Of a DNA stretch of 56,877 nt, positions 8,998-18,158 are shown piece by piece (position 1 is the first letter of the stretch; every line of letters begins with the position of its first letter). Source of the DNA: Prevotellaceae bacterium (GTDB lineage: Bacteria > Bacteroidota > Bacteroidia > Bacteroidales > UBA932). A model generated the notes under the pieces. The model did no database searches. It saw only the letters and a list, made by a program, of their open reading frames with translations, and was not told the origin of the DNA. A program made the position numbers and the translations under genes. The stretch covers positions 1 to 56,877 of the forward strand of contig JAITQN010000037.1 of NCBI GenBank assembly GCA_031288865.1, read 5' to 3'.

Positions 8998-10539
8998 ATG
9001 AAAAAGATCACCTGTGGGAAAAAACGTTGCCTGTTGGCGCTGGTTGCAATTGTCGCTGCCGGCGCAGTAAGTACCGGAATGGCACGGCTGGAGCGCTCCC
9101 CCTCATGGAAGGGAGGGCCGCAGGCGGGGGAAGGGCTGTCTTCCAACACGGGTAACGCCGTACTGTATAACTATCCTGAGGAAGCCGCACCGTCGGAAGA
9201 ATATGCCGTGCGTATCGACGGAACGCCGTATTTCGTGTTCCCCGTGCCGCAAACCAACCAGCGCAAGGTAGGCTTCCAGCAACCTTTCTTCCCGCATATC
9301 GTATCCTTTGACATTAAAGGTAAGGTACGGATAGACATCACGCCGGAAAAAACGGCGGTAACGAGCGTGAAAATACGTCCCGAAAGCGCCGGCGTTGCCC
9401 ACACCGTGAAAGGGAATACCATCACCATCACACTCGACAAGCCGCAATACCTGACCGTGGAGCTTAATGGCCACATCGAAAAACCGCTGCTGGTCTTCGC
9501 CAACGAGCCCGAAACGGAAATCCCCGACCCGGACGACCCAAACGTGCTGTTCTACGAGGCGGGGAAAATCCATAATATAGGATATGGCGTACACCGTCCT
9601 GTGCTTACCTCGAACACCACGGTGTATATCGCACCGGGCGCCATTTGTTACGGCGCGTTCACGTCACAAGAAAATCACCGTGCCAAAAATATACGCATCA
9701 TGGGGCGCGGCATCCTGTCGGGCGCCAAGAGCCTGACGGCCAACGGCGGCAAGTGGCCGGTACTCCTCGTGCGGACGGCCAATGCCACCATAGAGGGCAT
9801 TACCCTTGTAGATTGTAAAAACTGGTCGTTACCGCTGCAGAACTGCGAGAACATCACCGTCAAGGGTGTGAAAATCGTATCGAACACCGGCTTTGAAGAC
9901 GGCATCGACATTGTGGGAAGCAAAGACGTCACCATCGACAATTGCTTTATCCGCACCAAAGACGACTGCATTGCCCTGAAATCCGGCGTATACTATATGA
10001 CGCCTGATTTCACCCCCAGCAGTGTGGAAAACGTCACCGTAAAAAACTGCGTCATCTGGAACGGCAAGCACGGCAACGGACTGGAAATAGGCTTCGAGTT
10101 GAATACCGCCGCGGTGAAAAACGTGACATTCGAAAATATCGACCTGATCCATGCCGAGAACCCCGGTCAAATGGACGAGGGCGCCATCACCATACACAAC
10201 AGCGGCACGGCCGTGGTCAGGAATGTCCTCTACAAAAACATCAGGATAGAAGATCCGCAGCGCATACTGTTCCAGTTCTCCGTACTGAAGTCGGACTACA
10301 CTTCCCACGCCAGGTACGGAAAAATACAGGACATCCGGCTGGAAGATATCAGCGTGACCTCGTCGCGCGGCCCCTTGCTTTCCATCTTCACAGGCCTGAG
10401 TGCGCGCGAAAATGTGTCGGGCATCACGTTTAAAAATTTAGTCATCAACGGGAAAAAAATCACGGCGTGGAGCGGCCGGCCGGACGATGACTTTTATGCG
10501 ATCACCAATAAATATGCGTCAAATATAACTTTTGAATAA
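8998..10539 (+). CDS. Right-handed beta-helix glycoside hydrolase (GH28/GH49-like), paralog A
   Basis: Signal peptide, an N-terminal beta-sandwich-like region, then helix-coil motifs NTGFEDGIDIVGSKDVTIDNCFIRTKDDCIALKSG (G.DGID / DDCIA.KSG as in GH28-type enzymes). Paralogous to 14877-16466 and 34105-35661. Confidence 0.7.
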   Translation: MKKITCGKKRCLLALVAIVAAGAVSTGMARLERSPSWKGGPQAGEGLSSNTGNAVLYNYPEEAAPSEEYAVRIDGTPYFVFPVPQTNQRKVGFQQPFFPHIVSFDIKGKVRIDITPEKTAVTSVKIRPESAGVAHTVKGNTITITLDKPQYLTVELNGHIEKPLLVFANEPETEIPDPDDPNVLFYEAGKIHNIGYGVHRPVLTSNTTVYIAPGAICYGAFTSQENHRAKNIRIMGRGILSGAKSLTANGGKWPVLLVRTANATIEGITLVDCKNWSLPLQNCENITVKGVKIVSNTGFEDGIDIVGSKDVTIDNCFIRTKDDCIALKSGVYYMTPDFTPSSVENVTVKNCVIWNGKHGNGLEIGFELNTAAVKNVTFENIDLIHAENPGQMDEGAITIHNSGTAVVRNVLYKNIRIEDPQRILFQFSVLKSDYTSHARYGKIQDIRLEDISVTSSRGPLLSIFTGLSARENVSGITFKNLVINGKKITAWSGRPDDDFYAITNKYASNITFE

Positions 10540-10552
10540 AACAATGTGACTT

Positions 10553-13500
10553 ATGAAAAAATTATCTTTATTATTCGTGTTAGCCCTGAGCGGGCTGGCT
10601 TACGTCTCTTGCGAAGATGACGAGAAGCTCGAAGCAGAACAATCTAAAAAGATTACCTTAACGGCGCCGGAGAGCTATGCTGAGGTTGACTTGGCGACCG
10701 TATCAAAGGTCTCTTTCAAATGGGGGCCGCAAGGCGATATTGACGGCTACAGGTGGCTGTTGAGCGACGCCCCCAACCTCGCGAATGCGGTGACGAAACC
10801 CGCCACCAGCAATCCGTTTGATTTATCGGCGGCGGAGTTAGACCGGATTATGGCAGAAAATTTCGGTATAGCGCTGGAAGCTATTCCAACATCGTATGAA
10901 TTCTACTGGACCGTGATCTCAAGTGCAGGCGACGTGAAAGCCGGCACGCGCGCCATTAGCCTGAAACGCCTTTCGGCACGCGACCCGGTGATTACGCTCG
11001 TGGCGCCGGAAACAGACACGGCCTTTGCGCTGCAAACTACCCCCAGCGTGACTTTCAGATGGCAGGTTTCGCCGGCCGGAGCCATCAACGAGTTCGTGCT
11101 GGCGCTGAGTGACAACGAAAGCGACTTCGCGGGCGCAGCCACTTTTCCGGCTACGGCAAGCTCATTCACCCTCACAGTAAGTGACCTCGACGATATCTTG
11201 AAAAGCAAGGGCGTGGACAAAGGACAAACCGCCGACCTGTACTGGAAAGTGCTGTCGGCAAACACCAAAACCCCGGTCACGAGCACCGTCAGGGCTATGT
11301 CCATCACGCGCATGGAGCGCGCCACCATCTCGCTCACGAGCCCGGTCGATGGAACGGAATTTGACCTGGCCACCGACGAGCCGGTAAATTTTGCATGGGC
11401 AACATTTTTCGATGCGGATACCATTACCCACTTTGTGTTGCAGATAAGCGACGCGGCCGACCTCTCGGGCGCAGTGTCTTACCCGGTAACCGGGAGCAAA
11501 ATCCATACCCTGACGGCTACCGCAGCCGACGACATCCTGAAAAACATGGGTGTGAACAAGGGCGATGCGCGCAACCTCTACTACTCCGTGAAACCGCTGG
11601 TAGACGGCTTGGATGTGAGCCTCGACACCTTATCTATTAATGTGAAGCGGGTGCCACAGCCGGTTGTAAGCCCTACGGCTCCGGACGACAACGCGGCCTT
11701 CTACCTGGCCTCCTTCACCGATGGGGTGAACTTCACCTGGAGCGCCGTGCCAGCCAACAGCTACGGCGATGGCTTTACACTTCTGGTAAGCGCGAACCTC
11801 GACCTGTCGAGCCCTGTTGTGACGGAAAATCTTGTAACCAGCCCGCACGAGGTAACGCCCGCCGACCTTAACGCCTGGGCTACGACAGCCGGCGCAGCCG
11901 ATGGCGCACCGGTAGACCTCTACTGGTCGGTACAGCCAAACGGCACTTTCGACCCGGACAACACCCCGGCCACCTACGTCAGGAAACTCACCGTGACGCG
12001 GCCGCCGAGCACGCCGGTGATTAACCTCACCGCGCCGGCCAACAACGTAACTTTTGACCTGCTCACCCACACCGCCAACGTGAATATCAGCTGGGCGACC
12101 AGCGCAGGCGGCAACATTACTGCCTATAAGCTTCTGGTAAGCACGAACAGCGACCTGTCGAGCCCTACTGTGACGGAAGACCCCGTAACCAGCCCGCACG
12201 TAGTAACAGCTGCAGAGCTCGACCAGTTGGCCAGCACAGCCGGCGTAGCTGAGGGTGCACAGCAAACCTTCTACTGGTCGGTGGTACCGAGCAATGGCGC
12301 AGAACCGGCCACTACTTTCATCCGGTCATTTACCGTGAAGCGCGCCGCGCCGGTCATTACGCTCACCGGCCCGGCCACCGGACAAGTGATAGATTTAGGC
12401 ACCGCTACAAATGTGACCTTCACCTGGGATCACCTTACCGGCGCATCGCCCTACAAGCTGACATGGAGCGCCTTTGAAGACCTGGATCTGCAAGGCGGGG
12501 ATGAGGTAGAAAACATCACTGGCGCCTCCCAAAGCATTCCGGCTGTCGACATGGTTAAGAAGTTGCTGGCTATGAATAATGACGGATCCACGAATGTAAA
12601 CGTGTATTGGAAAGTGGAAATGCAAACGTCCAACACAACCATAGCGCGTCCGTCGGCCACAGGGAGCTTTAAGGTGAATATCCCGCCGGTGCTCACCACT
12701 CCGGCCACCAATGCCGCCCTCACGCTTGATTACAAGAACCCCGCCGTCACTGCCGTAACTTTCTCGTGGCTCGATTTGGGCGATGAATATGAATTGCTCT
12801 TCAGTAAAAATGCCAACATGAGCAACCCGGTGGTTGTACCTGTAACCGGTACGAGCCAGGCCTACACCCACGCAGAACTGCAAACCGCCCTGATTGGCAC
12901 CGCCGTTGCACCGAAGAAATATAAGACCAACACGGTGTATTGGAGCGTGCGGGTAGCCGGAGAAACCTCGCCCCTGACCGGCGTGACGCCAAGAACCGTC
13001 AAAGTGGGCGGATACCGGATCTTTGAATACCCCAACAGCAGCGCCAACACCTACGAGGTGTCGGTAGTAACCCTTTCCGGCAACAAGGCCGGGCAGGAAA
13101 CGGTGTGGCTGTCGACCAACTTCAGGGAAAGCCATGACAAAAATGGCGTAGCTTTTACTACTACCGACGAAGCAATACCCGCAACCGACCACTCGGCCAT
13201 GCCGGCAGCATTGAGACCTACTGCAGGTTATTACTACTTCAATAACCATCCGGAACAACCGCTGCTTAAAGGCCGGCTCCTTCCGCAGGGATGGGAATTA
13301 CCCTCCCAGTATGATTTCGACGATTTGTGGGCAGCCGCCGTGACCCAAGCGGGCAGTGCCGATGTATTGTTAACAATACAGTCCAACACGTGGAACCTGA
13401 ACTTGGGCGGTTATGGAAATCTTAGATGGGGTGCCGGTTGGATAGATATGGGTGGTGTGTGGGATAATCTTGGTTGTGACAGATGCTTTGTGTCCGCTTA

Positions 13501-13660
13501 CGACTACGAAAAGACTATAGGTGCAAACCCATGGCCATATACATACTCTTTTGTATGGGATCCGGGCGGTACTACCTCGTTTGAGCCTGGCCACTACATA
13601 GAAGTGAACTATGGTGCTATAACCGTTCGTGGGATATATGTGGGAGATGACAATTTGTAA
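10553..13660 (+). CDS. Surface lipoprotein with 7 tandem SusE-like repeats plus a C-terminal FISUMP-like domain
   Basis: Lipobox plus acidic export signal (LAYVSCEDDE). Seven ~105-115-aa repeats of the pattern I.L.AP....DL......F.W ... LYW.V. C-terminal ~310 aa with NTYEVSVVTL..N..G.E.VWLS.N ... LPQGWELPSQYDFDDLW, resembling the Fibrobacter-succinogenes-major-paralogous (FISUMP) domain. Confidence 0.7.
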   Translation: MKKLSLLFVLALSGLAYVSCEDDEKLEAEQSKKITLTAPESYAEVDLATVSKVSFKWGPQGDIDGYRWLLSDAPNLANAVTKPATSNPFDLSAAELDRIMAENFGIALEAIPTSYEFYWTVISSAGDVKAGTRAISLKRLSARDPVITLVAPETDTAFALQTTPSVTFRWQVSPAGAINEFVLALSDNESDFAGAATFPATASSFTLTVSDLDDILKSKGVDKGQTADLYWKVLSANTKTPVTSTVRAMSITRMERATISLTSPVDGTEFDLATDEPVNFAWATFFDADTITHFVLQISDAADLSGAVSYPVTGSKIHTLTATAADDILKNMGVNKGDARNLYYSVKPLVDGLDVSLDTLSINVKRVPQPVVSPTAPDDNAAFYLASFTDGVNFTWSAVPANSYGDGFTLLVSANLDLSSPVVTENLVTSPHEVTPADLNAWATTAGAADGAPVDLYWSVQPNGTFDPDNTPATYVRKLTVTRPPSTPVINLTAPANNVTFDLLTHTANVNISWATSAGGNITAYKLLVSTNSDLSSPTVTEDPVTSPHVVTAAELDQLASTAGVAEGAQQTFYWSVVPSNGAEPATTFIRSFTVKRAAPVITLTGPATGQVIDLGTATNVTFTWDHLTGASPYKLTWSAFEDLDLQGGDEVENITGASQSIPAVDMVKKLLAMNNDGSTNVNVYWKVEMQTSNTTIARPSATGSFKVNIPPVLTTPATNAALTLDYKNPAVTAVTFSWLDLGDEYELLFSKNANMSNPVVVPVTGTSQAYTHAELQTALIGTAVAPKKYKTNTVYWSVRVAGETSPLTGVTPRTVKVGGYRIFEYPNSSANTYEVSVVTLSGNKAGQETVWLSTNFRESHDKNGVAFTTTDEAIPATDHSAMPAALRPTAGYYYFNNHPEQPLLKGRLLPQGWELPSQYDFDDLWAAAVTQAGSADVLLTIQSNTWNLNLGGYGNLRWGAGWIDMGGVWDNLGCDRCFVSAYDYEKTIGANPWPYTYSFVWDPGGTTSFEPGHYIEVNYGAITVRGIYVGDDNL

Positions 13661-13761
13661 TGAATAATGAATTTTGGATTGAGGCATATAGAACCAATCT
13701 GTAGAGACGTGGCATGCCGCGTCTCTACATGGGGGGTGAGGATAATTATAATTAAGAAGAG

Positions 13762-14877
13762 GTGAAGATAAAATTAAAATATGTGTTTTTAATGGCGCTG
13801 CTGGGCGGCCTGGCCTTCACCGGCTGCAAGGACGAACTGGCGGATGACAATACCGTCGTTCCGCCGGAAGTCACCCCCGACCCGGAGCTTGCACTCCTTG
13901 TGCCAAGTGCCGACACAGCCCTCACGCTCGACTACAAGACCCCCGCCGTTATCGCAACAACGTTTGAGTGGTCGAACGTGGAGGCCACAAGGCGCGAGCT
14001 GCTCTTCAGCAAAAACGCCGACATGAGCAACCCGGTAGTCATGGAAGCGCCCGGCACAAGCAAGGCCTTCACCCACGCCGAACTGCAAGCCTTTATCGGC
14101 ACGGCGCTCGCGCCAAAGAAATATAAAACCAACACGGTGTACTGGACGGTACGGATAGACAACCAGGCCACCGTAACCCCGCGAGCCCTCAAGCTGGGCG
14201 GATACCGGCTTTTTACCTATCCCAACAGCAGCGCCAACACCTACGAAGTGTCGGTAGTGGCGCTTTCCGGCAACAAGGCCGGACAGGAGGTCGTGTGGCT
14301 GTCGACCAACTTCAGGGAAACCCATGACAAAAACGGTAGCGTTTTTTCTTCCGGCGAAGCGCTACCCGCGGCAAACTATCCGAAGATGGCGGAAGAACTA
14401 AAACCCATTGCGGGCTATTACTATAATAATAATGTAGGCGAGGGCGGGCTGGTGCTAATTAAAACCCGCCTCATTCCACCGGGATGGGAATTGCCCTCCA
14501 TGCAGGATTTCCGGGATTTGTGGGTAACCGCCCTGCTCCAGGAATACACGGCTGCCGTGCTGATGAAAAGGTATTCCAACAAGTGGAACCTGAACTTCGG
14601 CGATTACGGCACCAAACGGTGGGGCAGCGATTTTGGCGATTATGGCGGCGAATGGCACTGTATTAATAATCCGGATTGCTTCACTTCCCAGCACGACTAC
14701 GCGAAGGACAAGGACTACGGATGGCCGCATCCCTTGATGGTGGCCTGGGCCGGTTATCTCTCGGCGGAAGAACACTGTGGCGCCGCAGGCCTCGCCTGCG
14801 TGAGCCCACACTATCTGAAGGATGACTCCTATGGCGAAGCCACCGTCAGGGCAATTTATAGGGGAGACGACGAATAA
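13762..14877 (+). CDS. Surface lipoprotein with one SusE-like repeat plus a FISUMP-like domain
   Basis: GTG start, lipobox LAFTGCKDE. Collinear with the C-terminal ~330 aa of 10553-13660 (LLFSKNADMSNPVV ... APKKYKTNTVYW ... GGYRLFTYPNSSANTYEVSVV ... PPGWELPSMQDFRDLW). TAATG overlap with the next gene. Confidence 0.7.
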   Translation: MKIKLKYVFLMALLGGLAFTGCKDELADDNTVVPPEVTPDPELALLVPSADTALTLDYKTPAVIATTFEWSNVEATRRELLFSKNADMSNPVVMEAPGTSKAFTHAELQAFIGTALAPKKYKTNTVYWTVRIDNQATVTPRALKLGGYRLFTYPNSSANTYEVSVVALSGNKAGQEVVWLSTNFRETHDKNGSVFSSGEALPAANYPKMAEELKPIAGYYYNNNVGEGGLVLIKTRLIPPGWELPSMQDFRDLWVTALLQEYTAAVLMKRYSNKWNLNFGDYGTKRWGSDFGDYGGEWHCINNPDCFTSQHDYAKDKDYGWPHPLMVAWAGYLSAEEHCGAAGLACVSPHYLKDDSYGEATVRAIYRGDDE

Positions 14878-16466
14878 TGAAGATAAAATTAAAATATGTC
14901 TTTTTATTGATGGCGCTGCTGGGCGGCCTGGCCTTCGCCGGCTGCAAGGACGAGCTGGCGGATGACAACACTGTTGTTCCGCCGGAAGTCACCCCCGGCC
15001 CGGACACGGAAACAGCCGTACTGTACAACTGGCCCGAATGTGAACCGTCGTCCACCGCCTACAGCGTGCGCGTGAACGGCACGCCCTACTTCGTGTTCCC
15101 GGTGCCGCAAACCAACTGGCGCGAAGAAGGCATCGTAGACTTCTTTTATCCGCATATCGTGATGTTCGACATCAAAGGCGAGGTGCAAATCGACATCACG
15201 TCGACCGAGCGGGTCCACACCGTGAAGATACGCCCCGAGCGGGCAAACATTGCCCACACCAGGAGAGGGAACACCATATCCATCACACTCACCAAGCCGC
15301 AACAGCTGAGCGTGGAAATTAACGACGACCTCGAGAAGCCGCTGCTGATTTTCGCCAGTCCGCCTGAAACCGAAGCCGACATACCCGACAAGAACGACCC
15401 CAACGTGCTGTTCTACGAATCGGGGCAAACACATACGGCGGCCGAAGTGCTGCCATCGAACGCCACGGTGTATATCGCGCCGGGCGCCGTGGTGTATGGC
15501 TACTTTAAAACATCCGACAAGATGGTACACCGCAACATCCGCATCACAGGGCGCGGCATCCTCTCGGGCACCAAACTCGAGTTGCTGGAGCGCTTGCAAT
15601 ACTGGGGCGGCGAGAACCCGATCGCCATCTTCCACACCGACGGCGTGTTCTTAGAGGGCATCACGCTGGTAGATTGCAAGAACTGGTGCGTGTATATACC
15701 CAACGGCAACAACGTCACCGTGAGGGGCGTGAAATGCGTGTCGAACACCGGATGGGAAGACGGCATCGACGTGGCGAGTTGCACAAACGTGCTGATCGAG
15801 GACTGCTTTGTCCGCGCCAAAGACGACTGCTTCTCGCCGAAAGCCTATGACGCCGGCCTGGAGCGGAACCTGGAAGATGTCGTCATCCGCAACTGCATTA
15901 TATGGAACGGCAACCATGGCTTCGCCATAAAGATCGGCCCCGACATGATGGTGCCCCACGTGCGGCGCATCACATTTGAAAACATCGACATCATCCACGC
16001 CCAGAACTGCGGCTATGCCGACGGCGGCGCCATGGAAGAAGGCGCCATCGGCCTGTGGAACGACGGAATCGCCATCATGGAAGACATCGTCTTCCGGAAT
16101 ATCTACATCGAAGACGCCGAGCGCTGGCTGTTCATTTTTTCGGTCTACGACTCCACGCCGGAGGGAGAGACGATATGGTGGGATGTCCCGACAACCGGAA
16201 GGATACGAAACGTCCTGCTGGAGAACATCCACGTCACCTCCACGCGCGGCAAGTTGGGCAACATCATCGGGGGAATGGATGCAGACAGGAGCGTGGACGG
16301 CGTTACCTTCCGCAACCTGTTCATCAACGGCGAGAAAATCACCGGCATGCCTAACAACGAGGGCGCCCCTTATTACCTGCGCGACTGCTGGTACTGCGAC
16401 AAATGGCCAGACCCAACCGACTGCCATCTGATCGACTGCCATCGGTATAACATTAAATTTGAATAA
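14877..16466 (+). CDS. Right-handed beta-helix glycoside hydrolase (GH28/GH49-like), paralog B
   Basis: NTGWEDGIDVASCTNVLIEDCFVRAKDDCFSPKA. Collinear with 8998-10539. Lipoprotein signal module is near-identical to that of 13762. Confidence 0.7.
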   Translation: MKIKLKYVFLLMALLGGLAFAGCKDELADDNTVVPPEVTPGPDTETAVLYNWPECEPSSTAYSVRVNGTPYFVFPVPQTNWREEGIVDFFYPHIVMFDIKGEVQIDITSTERVHTVKIRPERANIAHTRRGNTISITLTKPQQLSVEINDDLEKPLLIFASPPETEADIPDKNDPNVLFYESGQTHTAAEVLPSNATVYIAPGAVVYGYFKTSDKMVHRNIRITGRGILSGTKLELLERLQYWGGENPIAIFHTDGVFLEGITLVDCKNWCVYIPNGNNVTVRGVKCVSNTGWEDGIDVASCTNVLIEDCFVRAKDDCFSPKAYDAGLERNLEDVVIRNCIIWNGNHGFAIKIGPDMMVPHVRRITFENIDIIHAQNCGYADGGAMEEGAIGLWNDGIAIMEDIVFRNIYIEDAERWLFIFSVYDSTPEGETIWWDVPTTGRIRNVLLENIHVTSTRGKLGNIIGGMDADRSVDGVTFRNLFINGEKITGMPNNEGAPYYLRDCWYCDKWPDPTDCHLIDCHRYNIKFE

Positions 16467-16470
16467 AGTT

Positions 16471-16500
16471 ATGAGTTATGAATTATGAGTTATGAGTTAT
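16471..16500. repeat. ATGARTT heptamer array (4 units + ATAG) filling an intergenic spacer
   Basis: atgagtt atgaatt atgagtt atgagtt at, directly before ATG 16507. Confidence 0.9.
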
Positions 16501-16506
16501 AGAAGC

Positions 16507-17274
16507 ATGAAAAGAAGACAATTTTTAATCGCAGCCGGGTGGGTTGCTTTCGGGATGGCGGCCACGCCGGGCATCCTCGTGGCCAACCCGCTATCCGGCG
16601 AACGTACCGCACCCTGTGCCGGCCGTCAGCCGGAGCAGGGCTTCCGCTTCGTGCTTCAAGGCGACTCGGTGACCTGGTGGGCCAGGGAGAGCGACGCGCC
16701 CGACACCGACCCGCGCGCCTGGGGTACCGGCTACGCGGCTATTATCGGCAAACGCCTCACCGCGGCCTTCCCGCAACACGGCCTCGCCTTCTACAACCGC
16801 GGCGTGAGCCAAAACAGGGTCTACGACCTCCAAAACCGCTGGAACAACGACGTGCTGCAACTGAAACCCGGTTTGCTAAGCATCCTCATCGGCGTAAACC
16901 ACCGGCTCGAAGACGACTTCGCCGCCTTCGAAACCACCTACCGGCAACTCCTGGAAACCACCCGCGCGCAACTCCCCGGCGTTGTCTTCGTGCTGGGACT
17001 GCCTTTCATCGCGCCGGTGGGAGAATTTGAAGAGAATTACGAACGCTACAGGGCCGACATCGACCGGCGCGACGACATCGTGAAGCGCATAGCCGCCGAC
17101 TTCGACGCCGTGACGGTGGACTATCCCGCCCTGTTCGACAAGGCGGCCGAAAGCACGCCCTACAGTCACCTGATATACGATGGGCTGCATCCCACTCCCG
17201 CCGGCTACGAACTGATGGCCAACGAGTGGATCCGGGTGGTGGGCGAACGGCTACCATGTTTTAAAGAGTTATGA
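16507..17274 (+). CDS. SGNH/GDSL-family esterase with twin-arginine signal
   Basis: MKRRQFLIAAGWVAFG (Tat-type RRxFL). Block I FVLQGDSVT and block V DGLHPTPAGYELMA (DxxH). Confidence 0.8.
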   Translation: MKRRQFLIAAGWVAFGMAATPGILVANPLSGERTAPCAGRQPEQGFRFVLQGDSVTWWARESDAPDTDPRAWGTGYAAIIGKRLTAAFPQHGLAFYNRGVSQNRVYDLQNRWNNDVLQLKPGLLSILIGVNHRLEDDFAAFETTYRQLLETTRAQLPGVVFVLGLPFIAPVGEFEENYERYRADIDRRDDIVKRIAADFDAVTVDYPALFDKAAESTPYSHLIYDGLHPTPAGYELMANEWIRVVGERLPCFKEL

Positions 17275-17298
17275 GTTATGAATTATGAGTTATAAATT
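17271..17298. repeat. ATGARTT heptamer array (second copy)
   Basis: atgagtt atgaatt atgagtt ataaatt, then atagcatt ATG. The stop codon TGA of the upstream gene (17272-17274) lies inside unit 1. Confidence 0.9.
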
Positions 17299-17306
17299 AT
17301 AGCATT

Positions 17307-18128
17307 ATGAAAAGAAGACAATTTTTATCTACAGCCGGGTGGGCAGCCGTCGGGGCAGCCGCCGTGCCGGGCGTGCTCCTGGCCAACTGCAGCAAGAAAG
17401 CCGACAACCCCGACACTCCCGATACGCCGGAACCGCCCGAACCTCCCGGACCCGACTACGGCGAGCCGGCACGTGACTTCCGCTTCGTGTTCCAGGGCGA
17501 TTCGGTGACCGAATCCGGCCGCGACAAAAGCGCTGTGGTCGATGACAAAAACAGTTGGGGATACGGCTACGTGTCGATCATCGGCAACCTCCTCGTGAAC
17601 GACTTCCCGCGCCACCGGCTCGGCATCTTCAACCGCGGCTGGGGCGGAAATGCAACCTGGGATCTTTTCCCCCGCTGGAAGCGCGACACCCTCGACCTGA
17701 ACGCCGACCTGCTAAGCCTCCTGATTGGTGTAAACCACACCATCATGGACGGCGCGGGAACTATCGCCGGCTTCGGAGGCGACATCCGCAACCTGGTGCA
17801 ACAGTGCAGGGATCAAAACCCGGACATGATAATCGTGCTGGGGCTGCCCTTCATGCTGCCGATGGGACCCTACGAAAGCACTTATGAAACGAACTACAGA
17901 CCCGATTTGGAAGCGCGCTGCAACGCCATACGGGAGCTCGCTCCCGAGTTCGACGCCTTAGTGGTAGACTTCCTCACCATGTTTGAGGAAGCCGGCAAAA
18001 GCAAACCTTATTCTTACTACTTGGCAGACGGCGTGCACCCCACCGCCGCCGGCCACGAACTCATGGCCAAAGAATGGATGCGGGTGGTGGGCGAACGGCT
18101 GCCGTACTTTAAGAAATACGTACAATAA
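17307..18128 (+). CDS. SGNH/GDSL-family esterase with twin-arginine signal, paralog
   Basis: MKRRQFLSTAGWAAVG. FVFQGDSVT and DGVHPTAAGHELMA. Pro/Asp-rich linker after the signal. Confidence 0.8.
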   Translation: MKRRQFLSTAGWAAVGAAAVPGVLLANCSKKADNPDTPDTPEPPEPPGPDYGEPARDFRFVFQGDSVTESGRDKSAVVDDKNSWGYGYVSIIGNLLVNDFPRHRLGIFNRGWGGNATWDLFPRWKRDTLDLNADLLSLLIGVNHTIMDGAGTIAGFGGDIRNLVQQCRDQNPDMIIVLGLPFMLPMGPYESTYETNYRPDLEARCNAIRELAPEFDALVVDFLTMFEEAGKSKPYSYYLADGVHPTAAGHELMAKEWMRVVGERLPYFKKYVQ

Positions 18129-18158
18129 TGAATAAATAATTTAATTATAATCAGAACC

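Noticed and set aside
8538-9149. Minus-strand ORFs 8538-8861 (107 aa) and 8862-9149 (95 aa) in the GH3 / beta-helix spacer.
   Set aside because: The translations are low-complexity (Phe/Pro/Cys-rich mirror images of purine runs) and one overlaps the beta-helix gene's signal-peptide region. There are no motifs and no plausible start context.
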